Positions 8,816-19,253 of a stretch of 64,000 nt of DNA are shown piece after piece (positions within the stretch are counted from its first letter, which is position 1; every line of letters starts with the position of its first letter). The translations under genes and the position numbers were made by a program. The notes under the pieces are model-generated. The model worked only from the letters and a program-made list of their open reading frames with translations. It was not told the DNA's origin and searched no databases. This DNA is from an uncultured Acidobacteriota bacterium (GTDB lineage: Bacteria; Acidobacteriota; UBA6911): contig CAWJKZ010000021.1 of NCBI GenBank assembly GCA_963843575.1, forward strand, positions 158,962-222,961. The letters are read 5' to 3'.

Positions 8816-9920
8816 TTAGCTCTCCTTGGCCTGGTAGCCCTTCCTCGTCTGCACCTTCACCTTGTCCGGCTTTCCGTCGTTGTTGATAGTCGGCGGTGAC
8901 GTCGACCTTGATCTTGCGGAATTTACCGTCTTTCTTTGTGTTGGTCGAGGCGTACGCGATGCTGTACTGGTTGCGCAGCATCGCCGAGATGTTGCTGAAG
9001 ATGGAAGGGAATTCGGTGACGAAGCGCGGGAAGAACGCCTCGCCGCCGGTGAACTCGGCGAAGGAGCGCAGCCGGTTGTCGGACATGAGCAGTTCGAGGT
9101 TCTGCTCCGGGGAGATGTAGCCCGCGGCGTCGGCGCGGATACGGAAGTTCTGGCCGAGGCCGATGGCGTAGATCGATGGCGTTGGCGGCCTTGCATTTCT
9201 TGAGCGCCTCGTCGTAGGTGTGCCGGCTGAAGGTGTCGAGGCCGGTGCTGACCAGCAGGACGGCGACCTTTCCGTCGATCTCCTCGACCCGGTCGAGCGT
9301 GTCGATCAGCGCGTCGGACAGGTTGCTCTCGCTGAAGGCCGGGTACTGGAAGCGGCGCAGCGCCTCGTTCAGCTTGTTGCGGTCCTGCGTGAAGTCGGAG
9401 AGGATCGTCGGGCGCATGTCGTAGCCGATGACGGCGACCCAGTCCCCCGGCCGCAGGCTGTTCGCGAACCCGTAGATGGCGTTCCACACTTCGTAGATGA
9501 ACCAGCTGACCTGCTTGCTGTACTCGACCAGCATCACGGCGGTGATGTTGGCCTCGATCGGGGAGAAGTTGCTGATGTCCTGCTTGACGTTGTCTTCATA
9601 GATCGGTGAAATTCTCGGGGCGTCAGGCCGGTGATGATGTTCCCCTTCAGGTCGGTCACCAGCACCTGGAGCGACACGAGATCGACCGCGACCGAGATCG
9701 CCGTCTGGCCCTGGGGCTGGTCCTGGTCCTCCTGGGTGCGCCGGCTTCCTTCTTGTGCTTGCGCAACGGCGGCCTCTGCCCCTGCTGCGGACTTCTCCTC
9801 GGATTGCGCCTGCGCAAACGCGGGCGTGTGCCGGGCGACCAGGGCGACATCCGGAGGCTTTCCGGTGCGAGTAGCGCCACGCCGAGCATGACGAGCAGGA
9901 TCGATCCTCACTGACTTCAT
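8816..9920 (-). CDS. VWA-domain protein, Acidobacterial type (several frameshifts)
   Basis: ISVAVDLVSLQVLVTDLKGNIITGL; ESNLSDALIDTLDR; VLLVSTGLDTFS; LRNQYSIAYASTN; KVKVQTRKGY. Confidence 0.8.
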
Positions 9921-10104
9921 AGAAGGGACTCCAGGTCGGTCGGCGCGGGGCCGGTGATGCCGTCGCAAGGATACCGTAAATAATGGTAACACACAGTCTC
10001 CGGGACGCAAAGAAACGCGCGGGACAAATGATTTGACGCCAATATTCCCGGGTGCTAATAATTTGTCGTTCTATCTTCCCGTATGATTTTCTCGGAGGTA
10101 CACC

Positions 10105-10367
10105 GTGAGCTATTGTCCCGAATGCGAGGCCGCCATCGACGAGGAGTTCGAAGACCTCGGCGAAGTGATCTCCTGCCCCGAATGCGGCGTAGAACTCGAG
10201 GTGATTTCGATCGATCCCGTCGAGTTCGACCTCGCTCCCGTAGACGACGAGGATGAGGACAGGACGATGACTATCGGTTCGACGAAAGCGACGAGGACGA
10301 CGAGGACGACGAGGACTGGGACGACGAAGATGACGAGGAAGATGAAGACGACGAGCGTGAGTATTGA
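10105..10367 (+). CDS. LysW-like zinc-ribbon protein with long acidic tail (one frameshift near 10260)
   Basis: CPEC...ISCPECGVELEVISIDPVEFDLAP; the corrected frame reads a D/E-rich tail ending EDDEREY-stop at 10367. Confidence 0.65.
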
Positions 10368-10458
10368 GGATGCGTCCATCATGACATCCACCTCCGGTTC
10401 CTTGCCCCGGTGCCGCTCCGTGGCCCCTGCTGCGTGCGCCTCACATGGAGGCCTTCAT

Positions 10459-11157
10459 TTGCCGCAGCACATAAGACTTCTGGTTTTTGACCTGGATTAC
10501 CTGGTTTTCGACTGCTCGTTGCTCAAGGTGAGCGCTCTCAGGCAGAGCCTTATTTCGTTCGCCGAAGCCATACCCCAGAGCACTCGCCTGCCGGACGAGG
10601 TGGATGCCGAGGAGGGATTTCTCCAGCACGGGTTCCGGTGGCTGCAGTTCCTGGAGATCGGGCTCGACGAGGAGCGGCTCGAGGAAGTGCGGCAGGCATA
10701 CCGGGTCCACGAGGATCGCTTGATCGAGGCGGGCGCCGGAAAGATCTACCCCGGGCTCCCTGAGTTTCTGGCCGGGTGCCGCCTGGACGACGTGCGACTC
10801 GCCCTCGGGGCCGACGCCAGCCGGGACTACCTGCTCTCGGTCAGCGACCGTTACGGCCTGCACGGCGTGTTCGATGTGGCGCTGTGCACCGAGGAGTACG
10901 GCGTCGGCAGGGCGCAGGAGATGCTGGAGGATATCATGTACCAGGCGGAGGTCAATCCCAGCGAGACCCTGGTGCTCGGCACACGGCCGAGCATGTTCGA
11001 GGCGGCGCACAGCCTGGACGTCGGCGCCGTCGGGTGCGGTTGGGGAATCCACCAGCGGGACGGGCTTAGGGAAGCGGACCTGCAGGCGCTCAGCATCGGC
11101 CAGCTGCCGGCCGCCATCCGGGAAGCGGACGACAGGGCGGAGCAGTACCTCGGGTGA
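10459..11157 (+). CDS. HAD-superfamily hydrolase
   Basis: LLVFDLDYL motif I variant, IYPGLPEFL, ETLVLGTRPSMFEAA, GCGWG; TTG start with GGAGG 8 nt upstream. Confidence 0.75.
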   Translation: MPQHIRLLVFDLDYLVFDCSLLKVSALRQSLISFAEAIPQSTRLPDEVDAEEGFLQHGFRWLQFLEIGLDEERLEEVRQAYRVHEDRLIEAGAGKIYPGLPEFLAGCRLDDVRLALGADASRDYLLSVSDRYGLHGVFDVALCTEEYGVGRAQEMLEDIMYQAEVNPSETLVLGTRPSMFEAAHSLDVGAVGCGWGIHQRDGLREADLQALSIGQLPAAIREADDRAEQYLG

Positions 11158-11199
11158 TCCCCGAGGTGAGTTCAGATCCCCGTTTCATGGTACATTTTG

Positions 11200-12035
11200 A
11201 TGATGACTCTGCAAGAAAAAGAACTGAAGCTGGAAACCACTCTCGCCGGCATGGGACGCGTCCTTGTCGCTTACAGCGGCGGGGTTGATAGCTCCTATCT
11301 GGCCTACAAGGCTCACCGGGTCCTCGGGGCCGACGCTCTGGCCGTGACGGCCGAGAGCCCGTCGGTGCCATCCCACCAGCGCCGCATGGCCATGCAGGTC
11401 GCCGGGCAGTTCGGGTTCCCGCACGAGATTGTCAATACGCGGAAGTGGAGCGCGAGGAGTACCGGAACAACCCGCCGAACCGCTGTTTCTTCTGCAAGGA
11501 CGAGTTGTATGCCGTGCTCGCCGGCGTGGCCTCGGAGCCGGGGATTTACCGCGATTCTCGACGGGCTCAACACCGACGACCTGGGCGACTACCGGCCGGG
11601 GCGCGACGCGGCGCGCGCGCACAATGTCCGCAGCCCACTGGTGGAGGCCGGGCTCAACAAGGCCGAGATCCGCGAGCTCTCCCGAAGGGCCGGGTTGCCC
11701 ACCGCGGACCAGCCGGCGTCGGCTTGTCTGTCTTCGCGGTTTCCCTTACGGCGTCAAGATCACGGAGGAGAAGCTGCGCAGGGTCGACCGCGGCGAAGAG
11801 GCGCTGCGCGAGATGGGATTCCGGATTTTCCGGGTGCGCCACCACGACGAGATGGTGCGGCTGGAGTTCGGGTCGGAGGATCTCGCCCGCGCCCTGAACG
11901 TGGATGTCGCCGCAGATCCTCACGCGGCTCTTCAAGGGCCTCGGCTACAAGTATGTCGCGCTGGATCTCGAAGGCTACCGGACAGGGTCGGCGAACGAGG
12001 TGCTGGTTAGCGAGATCCGCCAGTTTCCCGCCTGA
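11200..12035 (+). CDS. larE: LarE-family ATP-dependent sacrificial sulfur transferase (PP-loop), frameshifted
   Basis: VAYSGGVDS PP-loop, NPPNRCFFCKDELY, DGLNTDDLGDYRPG, SPLVEAGLNKAEIR, ACLSSRFPYG, RVRHHD. Confidence 0.85.
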
Positions 12036-12063
12036 TAAATCCGCCGTATAATCCCGCACATCA

Positions 12064-12171
12064 AAGTGGGTCCGGGCTTCAGCCCGGACGTCTTTTGATC
12101 TGATCTATGTGGCGACGGGCGCACGTTATAGCGACCGCAAACAGCGTCCGGGCTGAAGCCCGGACCCACTT
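12064..12171. repeat. REP-like inverted doublet
   Basis: AAGTGGGTCCGGGCTTCAGCCCGGACG (12064-12090) and its exact reverse complement (12145-12171); each unit holds a 9-bp hairpin. Confidence 0.85.
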
Positions 12172-12221
12172 GGGTTGGGCTAGGCTGAGCTACAAACGTC
12201 CGAGCCGCGCGAGGTCTGCTC

Positions 12222-13921
12222 ATGAGATCGCTTCCCCTGCGAATCGCCGTGTGGTTGCTCCTGTTCGGATCACTCCCCCTATGTCACGGTGCCTCGAAAA
12301 GCCCCGTCCGCGGCGTTCACGGCATGGTGGTCTGCACCGAGCCCCGGGCGGCCCGGGTGGGCCTGGACGTGCTCAAACGGGGCGGAAACGCGGTGGACGC
12401 GGCCGTCGCGGTAGGTTTTGCGCTTGCGGTGACCCACCCGTCGGCCGGCAACCTGGGCGGCGGCGGCTTCATGATGATCCGGGACGGCATCCGGCACGGT
12501 CGTCGCGCTCGACTACCGCGAGATGGCGCCGTCGGCGGCCTCTCGCGACATGTACCTGGATGCCTCCGGAAAGCCCGATCCCGCTGCCTCGACCGTCGGG
12601 TGGCGCGCTTCCGGCGTGCCCGGCACCGTGGCGGGGCTGGCCCTGGCGCTGGAGTGGCACGGGACCCTCAAGCTCGCGGACGTCGTCGCGCCCGCGGTTG
12701 CACTGGCGCGCGACGGCGTCGAGCTGAGTTGGTTCGAAAGCGAGTCGTTGCGCGGCGCAAGCCGGTTGCTGGAACGTTTTCCGGAAAGCCGGAGGGTCTA
12801 TCTGCGGTACGGCCGGCCCTATGAGGCCGGCGAGCGGTTCTGCCAGCCCGATCTGGCCGCCACCCTGGAGGCAATCGCCCGGAACGGCCCGAGGGAGTTC
12901 TACGACGGCCCCGTCGCCCGTCGCATCGCCGAGGAGATGAAGGCGAATGGAGGGCTGATCACGCAGGACGATCTCCGGGGGTACCGGGCCCTGGTGCGCC
13001 AGCCGATCGAGGGGACATACCGCGGCTGCCGGGTTTACTCGGTGCCTCCGCCAAGCTCGGGCGGGATCGTGCTGGTGGAGATGCTCAACGTGGTGGAAGC
13101 ATTTCCGCTCGAGCGTTACGGCTCCGGCTCGAGCCGCACCCTGCACCTGCTCGCCGAGACCATGAAGCTGGCATTCGCGGACCGGGCGGAGTTCCTGGGC
13201 GACGGCGATTTCGTGGACGTGCCCGCGGCCGGCCTGACGTCGAAAAGCTACGCCGCGGAGCGGCGCTCCAGGATCGACCCGTTCCTGGCGGCGGAAGCCG
13301 CGCGCACGGCACACGGCGCGCCGGCCCGCCATGAGAGCGAGCAGACCACCCACTTCTCGGTCGTCGACGAAAAAGGGAACGCCGTGTCCAACACCTACAC
13401 GCTCAACGGTGGTTACGGTTCGGGCGTGACGGTGCGCGGCACCGGCATCCTGATGAACAACGAGATGGACGATTTCAGCGCCCGGCCGGGGACGCCCAAC
13501 GCCTACGGCCTGGTGCACGGTGAGGCCAACGCCATAGCGCCGGCGAAGCGCCCTCTGAGCGCCATGACCCCGACAATCGTGACCAGGGACGGGGAGCTTT
13601 TCATGGTTCTCGGGAGCCCCGGTGGGCCGACCATCATCAACACGGTCTTCCAGGTGCTGCTGAACGTGATCGATTTCGGGATGACGCGTGCAGGAGGCAG
13701 TGGACGCGCCGAGGATCCACCACCAGTGGCTGCCCGAATCGCTTGCCCTGGAGAGGTTCGGATTTGCGGAGGACGTGACGCAGGCGCTGCGGGCGCGCGG
13801 CCACACGCTGCAGGTGCGGAATGCCATCGGGGATTGTCATGCGATCGTCGTGGACCCCAAGACCAGGGTGAGACTCGGGGCGGCGGACCCTCGCATGGAC
13901 GGCGTCGCCCTGGGCTACTGA
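12222..13921 (+). CDS. ggt: Gamma-glutamyltransferase (frameshifted)
   Basis: [36 protein letters not shown] (nucleophile Thr), [26 protein letters not shown]. Confidence 0.92.
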
Positions 13922-16556
13922 CCGGCCCAGTCCTCGAGCGTCTGCTGGATCACCTCTTTCACGTCCTCGATCCTGAACGGCTTGGCGAGGTAGCGGTTGG
14001 ACGTCTGCTCGAAAAACGACCGCGTCTCCGTGCTCACGGTGTCGCCGGTGACGAAGATGATGCGGCTGGCGAGCGACGGGCGCTCGCGCGTGATCCAGTC
14101 GAAAAGATCCCGCCCGCTCATCTGCGGCATCTTGAAGTCGGTCACCACCAGGTCGTATTCGTGCGCCTCGATCTTCTCCCGCGCGATCCTGCCGTTGCTG
14201 GCGGTGTCGACGTGCATCGGGTACATCTGGAAGACCTCGACGAAGAAGTCTAGTATGTACCTCTCGTCGTCCACCACGAGGATCCGCTTGCCGCGCACGA
14301 GGTTTTCGAACTGCAGTGCGCGGGGCGCCAGGTCCGCGGCGACGGCCGGTTCGTCCTGCAGGACGGAGTTGACGGGCAGCTCGATGACGAACGTCGAGCC
14401 TTCGCCGACGCGGCTGCGCGCGTATATGTTGCCGCCGTGCTCCTTGATGATGCCGTAGGAGAGGCTCAGACCGAGTCCCGTCCCCTTGCCCACCTCTTTG
14501 GTCGTGAAAAAGGGATCGAAGATCTTGGTGATGATCGACTCCGGGATGCCGGGTCCGTCGTCGACGATCTCGACCACGATGCGCTGGTTGGCCTGATCGG
14601 TGCGGGTGCGGATGATCAGCCGGCCGTTGCCGTGGGCTTCGAGCATCGCCTGCTCGGCATTGGTGAGGACATTGAGGAACACCTGCTGCAGCTGGTGGGC
14701 GTCGGCAATGGTCTTCGGCAGCCCACGATCGAGCTCCCGGCATATCTCGATGTTGTTGACGGCCAGCTCGTAATTGCGCAGCTCGACGGTGCGGTCCAGT
14801 ATCTCGTTGATGTCCGAGAGCGTGCGTTCCGGTTTCTGCTTGCGGGCGAACGACAGCAGGTTCTGCACGATCTTCTGGCAGCGGAGCGCCAGGTTGTTGA
14901 TCTTCAGGAGGCTCTCGCGCGCCCGCTCGTCGAGGTCGCCCCGCAGCTGCAGGAGCTGCGAGTAGCCCATGACGCCCGTGAGCGGGTTATTGAGTTCGTG
15001 GGCGATCCCCGAAATCAGTTCGCCGATGGCGGAGAGTTTTTCGGACTGGATGAGCTGCTGCTGGAGGAGCTTTTCGTTGCTGATGTCCTTCGCGACGTGG
15101 ATCGACCCGGCGAGGCGGTTGTTCTTGTCGTACCAGGGGCCGACGGAGATCTGGTAGGTTCCGTCCATCACGGGTAGCTCGACCTCCTCGACGATCAGCC
15201 CCTCGGCCTGCATCGAGTGGAGGTGCCGGCACGGGCTCAGGCTGGAGCCCGCCGGGTTGTAAAGCTCGGCGCAGTACTTGCCGATGACCTTCGGCGGCGT
15301 CGTCTTCAGCCGTCGCGCCAGCGCCAGATTCGCCCTCACGATCTTGCCGGTCATGTCGTGCACCGAGACGCAGTCCTGCATGGCGTCGAAGGTGGTCTCC
15401 CACTCCTTCTGGCTGCGGGATACGACCTGGAACAACCGGGCGTTCTCCAGGGCGATGGCGGCCTGGTGTGCGAGCGTCTCGGCCCGGAAGATCTCCTCGT
15501 CGGTGAAACTCCGCTCGCGCGAGTTGTCGCTGCAGACGAGGACCCCGATCGGCTGGTCCTTGGCGATCAGGGGGGCGAATATCGCGGACCGCCAGCCCAG
15601 CCTGTCGCTGATCCGGCGCTCCATGCGGTGCCCCTGCGGGCATCTCCTCCACTGCGATCACGCGCTTTTCCACGAGGGCGGTTATCGCAACGGAGGACTC
15701 GTCAAGGCTGACTTCGACCTGCCGGATGTCGAGGTTATCGGTCTGCGTGGATGCGGCGCCGACCAGCCGGGGCTGCCGGTCGTCGACCAGGAAGAGGTGG
15801 CACTGGCTGGTCTTGACCAGGCGTTTCCCCTCCACCACGATCCTATGAATGATGTCTTCCAGGTCGAAGCTCTGGGAGATGATCTTGTTGACCTCCTGGA
15901 GGGCGATCAGGTCCTCGGAGAGCTTGTCCGGCCTGCTCCCGCAGCCGCACGTTGACGATCGCCACGCCGAGGATCTCGGTCAGGGTGAGGATCAGGTCCT
16001 GCTGTGACTCGCTGAGCGTCTTGGGCTTGCGGCTGGCCAGCCCGAGGGTGCCGAGCAGGCGGCTGCCTGACTCGGACGGGATACAGCGCAAAAAACTGCA
16101 GCCCCTCCTGGCGCAACGCTTCGGAGACGCGTTCGGGGCAGCCCGGGTTCGGCGACCCGTCGACGACGACGGCCCGGTTGTCCGCCAGTTGCCGGTGCAC
16201 CGGCCCTTCCTGCTCCTGGTCGAGTTCCAGCGCCGACACCGTGTCCTTGCGGAAACCGCGGTAGACGGCCGTCGGGGACAGGTTCTCGTCGCCGGAGACG
16301 ATCCGGAACGTGCCCGCCTCCATGCCCAGCAGGCTCATCAAGTCGTCCAGCGCGGTCCCAAGCACGGTCGTGAGGTCCAGCGACCGGTTGACCATCGATG
16401 AAATGTTGCGCAGCACCGAAAGCTCACGCTGTCTGAACCGCGGCCGGCTTGCGCACCGGCACGGTAGCCAGAAGGAAGAAGATGCTCGGCAGCAGCCACA
16501 GGGCGTGAAGATCGGAGCAGGGGAATGAGGGCGGTAACGCCAACCGCAACTAGCAT
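13915..16556 (-). CDS. Hybrid histidine kinase with GAF/GAF/PAS input and receiver domain (frameshifted 5' half)
   Basis: [56 protein letters not shown]...DFKM...KP; GAF-like [13 protein letters not shown]. Confidence 0.85.
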
Positions 16557-16684
16557 ATCGGCTGAACCCTGGGAAGACTCGGAAAAAGTCAGGTGCCTGA
16601 GACGAGGCCACATTATAGGAATGCCGGTTCCCATTTGCCAGGGAAAACGGAACACGCGGCGATGTGCCGGGCGGCCGGCAGAGG

Positions 16685-17068
16685 TTAAATCATCCCTTTC
16701 CCGCTGAAGATCTTACGAGCGATTCCCCTGAAGAATGAGTCGCTTCCCGCGGGCACGACCGGGGTGGGTGCGGCTGCTGGCCCGGAGGGTTCGGACGCAG
16801 GCGCCGCGAGGTGGGAGTCCATCCGGGAGAGCGCCTCGACAATGCTGTCGAGGTCATGCCTGAGCCTGATTTGCCGCTCCCGCAAGGCGTCGATTTTGTG
16901 ACTCAGCTCGAGGGCCTGCGCCGGCAGCATCCCCCACTGGTTGCTCGTCTCCACGGGCATGTGGTTCTCGCGGGTGACCAGCATCTCGAGCCATTGATCC
17001 GTGATTTGGGTGTTTTCGTCGGTGAGGACTTCATCCACAAGATCCGACCCCGCTTTCCGGCCACTCAT
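16685..17068 (-). CDS. Hypothetical protein with central coiled coil
   Basis: 127-aa ORF filling an intergenic gap; LSHKIDALRERQIRLRHDLDSIVEAL heptads; no family recognised. Confidence 0.45.
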   Translation of the reverse strand: MSGRKAGSDLVDEVLTDENTQITDQWLEMLVTRENHMPVETSNQWGMLPAQALELSHKIDALRERQIRLRHDLDSIVEALSRMDSHLAAPASEPSGPAAAPTPVVPAGSDSFFRGIARKIFSGKGMI

Positions 17069-17148
17069 GACAATACCCTGCGCATAGCATATCCATCGGC
17101 GGGCCTGCCTCCGGCTTTAGCCAAAACGAGGGCGGGATGGGGGCGGGA

Positions 17149-18216
17149 TTACTGGGTGACGGCTTTCGGGGCGAAATAGCCGCGGCGGTAGCGCGCGGTG
17201 TGACCCGGCGCGGTGGCGGTGTCCATGACTATCTTGATGCGCCGGTACGAGCCGTCCCGGGCGGCGTTGCTGGAGATGTACCCGATGCTGTACTGGTTGC
17301 GGAGTTCGTGCGCGATCTCCGAGACGATGCCGCCGATCTCGGAAACCTTCTGCGGGAAGAAGGACTTGGCTCCGGTTTCCTCGGAGATGCGCTTTAGCGC
17401 GTCGTGCGCCTTCTCGGGCACGGATTTCGACCACCGGCCGAACAGATCCCTTGTCGGGGATCTCGTTGAGGAATCCGACCGTGTACACCTGCACGTCGGA
17501 TTCCTGGACCTTGGCCACGAGTTCCTCGAGCTTGTAGTAGCTGTCTTTGTCCTCGCCGTCGGTGACGACGACGATGGCTTTCTTGGGCTTGACGCCGGAC
17601 TGGGCCTTCTGGACCCCGAGGTACACCGCGTCGTACAGCGCGGTCCCGCCGGTGACGACGATGTTGTCCAGCGAATCGGTGATCGCGTCGAGGTCGTTGG
17701 TGTAATCCTCGAGCAGTTCGGTCTGGTCGTTGAATCCGATCAGGAACACCTGGTCGTCCGGGTTGCTGGCCTTGATGAACGCCAGGGCGGCCTTGTTCAC
17801 CATGTCGATCTTGGACCGCATGCTGCCGCTGGTGTCCAGCACGATGCCGAGGCTGACCGGGACGTCTTCCTGCGAAAAGAACCTGACGGTCTGCTCGATT
17901 CCGTCTTCGTAGAGCTTGAAGTTCTGCTTCGTTCAGCCCGGAAACGAAGCGGCCGTTCTTGTCGAGGACGGTCGTGTGGATCACGACGAGGTCGACGTTG
18001 ACCCCGATGGTGTATCCCTTCTGATTCTCGGGGTTTTCCTGCGGTCCCTTCGAGTCGAGTTCGGGTTTCGGTCTCTTCCGCTCTTCGCTCTTGGGCGCCT
18101 GCTGCTCGATCCGCCCGGGCATCCGGTGTCGCGAGGATCGCCGCCGGGAGCAGGAGCGCGAGGGACAGGAGGGCGAGGAGCAGGCCGCGCGGCGGCTCAG
18201 AAGTTCTTCGGGGCAT
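17149..18216 (-). CDS. VWA-domain protein, Acidobacterial type (frameshifted)
   Basis: YTIGVNVDLVVIHTTVLDKNGRFVSGL; DTSGSMR MIDAS; GGTALYDAV; VVVTDGED; ELRNQYSIGY. Confidence 0.85.
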
Positions 18217-19136
18217 AGTATCCCTCCTTCGCGTGCACAATCAGCTTGGGAAGGCCTTCGGGAGGATCCAGCTTCACCCGGATCTTGCGCCACTTGCCAT
18301 CGTGTTTCTTGTTGGTCGGGACGTAGCCGATCACGTACTGGTTCCGGAGTTCGGCGTGCACCAGGTCGATGTAGTAATCCAGCTCGTTGAAATTGTTCGG
18401 GAAGAAGGCCCGTCCCCCCGGTCAGGGCCACGATGTTCTGGATCTCGGCCCGCCCATAGCCGAGCTTGCCTTCCTCGCCGATCCCGTAGATCTGGACGTC
18501 GGACTCCTTGGCGAACTCGCGCACCTCGGTCGCCGAGTACCGGCTGCTGTTGTCCTCGCCGTCGGTGATCAGGATGAGGGCTTTCTTCTCGTTCTTGCCC
18601 CCCTTGATCTGGTCGAGGCCCATGTACACGGCATCGTAGAGCGCCGTGCGGCCGCCCGGCTGGCGGAAGGCTATCTCGCTCTGAATGGTGGAGCTCTCGT
18701 GCGTGAAGTTGGTCACCATCGTCGTCTTCTGGTTGAACGTCACCAGAAAGAACTCGTCCTCGGGGTTGCCCGATTGAAGGAAGCGCACGATGGCGTTGCG
18801 CGCGGCGTTGATGTTGTTGTTGTCCTTCATGCTGCCGCTGACGTCGAACAGGATGCCGACGCTGATCGGGGCGGACTGCTGGGTGAAGTGAGAGATGGTC
18901 TGCTCGACCTTGTCCTCGAAGACCTGGAAGTGTTCCTGTTCGAGCCCAGTCACATACCGGTTGAGAGGGTCCGTCACCGAGACCTTCACGAAGACGGTCT
19001 CCACCCCGACGCGGAACAGGGGTTTTTCCTGCGGTTTCGCCCGGGGCACATCCGTCGCGGGACCGTCCTGACCCGACGCGGCCAACCCGGCGGCGATGAA
19101 CGCTGCCATGGCACAAAGCAGCAGTTTACGCGTCAC
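18197..19136 (-). CDS. VWA-domain protein, Acidobacterial type (one frameshift near 18420)
   Basis: FRVGVETVFVKVSVTD; FDVSGSM MIDAS; GRTALYDAV; LITDGEDNSSRY; EGYYAP. Confidence 0.85.
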
Positions 19137-19253
19137 ATTTGCCTCAATCGTCAAAAGCTAGTCTGCCTGATTTTCAGCGGATTGGTGCACCTCTGCCTGC
19201 AGTTTAACAAACACCTGCCTCATGTCAAGAAACAGCGCGCCGCGGCGGCTACA

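Noticed and set aside
10105-11157. 350-aa LysW-HAD fusion shown in the ORF track
   Set aside because: The linker (RTMTIGSTKATRTTRTTRTG...) is the shifted reading of GAC/GAG acidic codons; correcting one indel gives a stop at 10367, and the HAD has its own RBS and TTG start.
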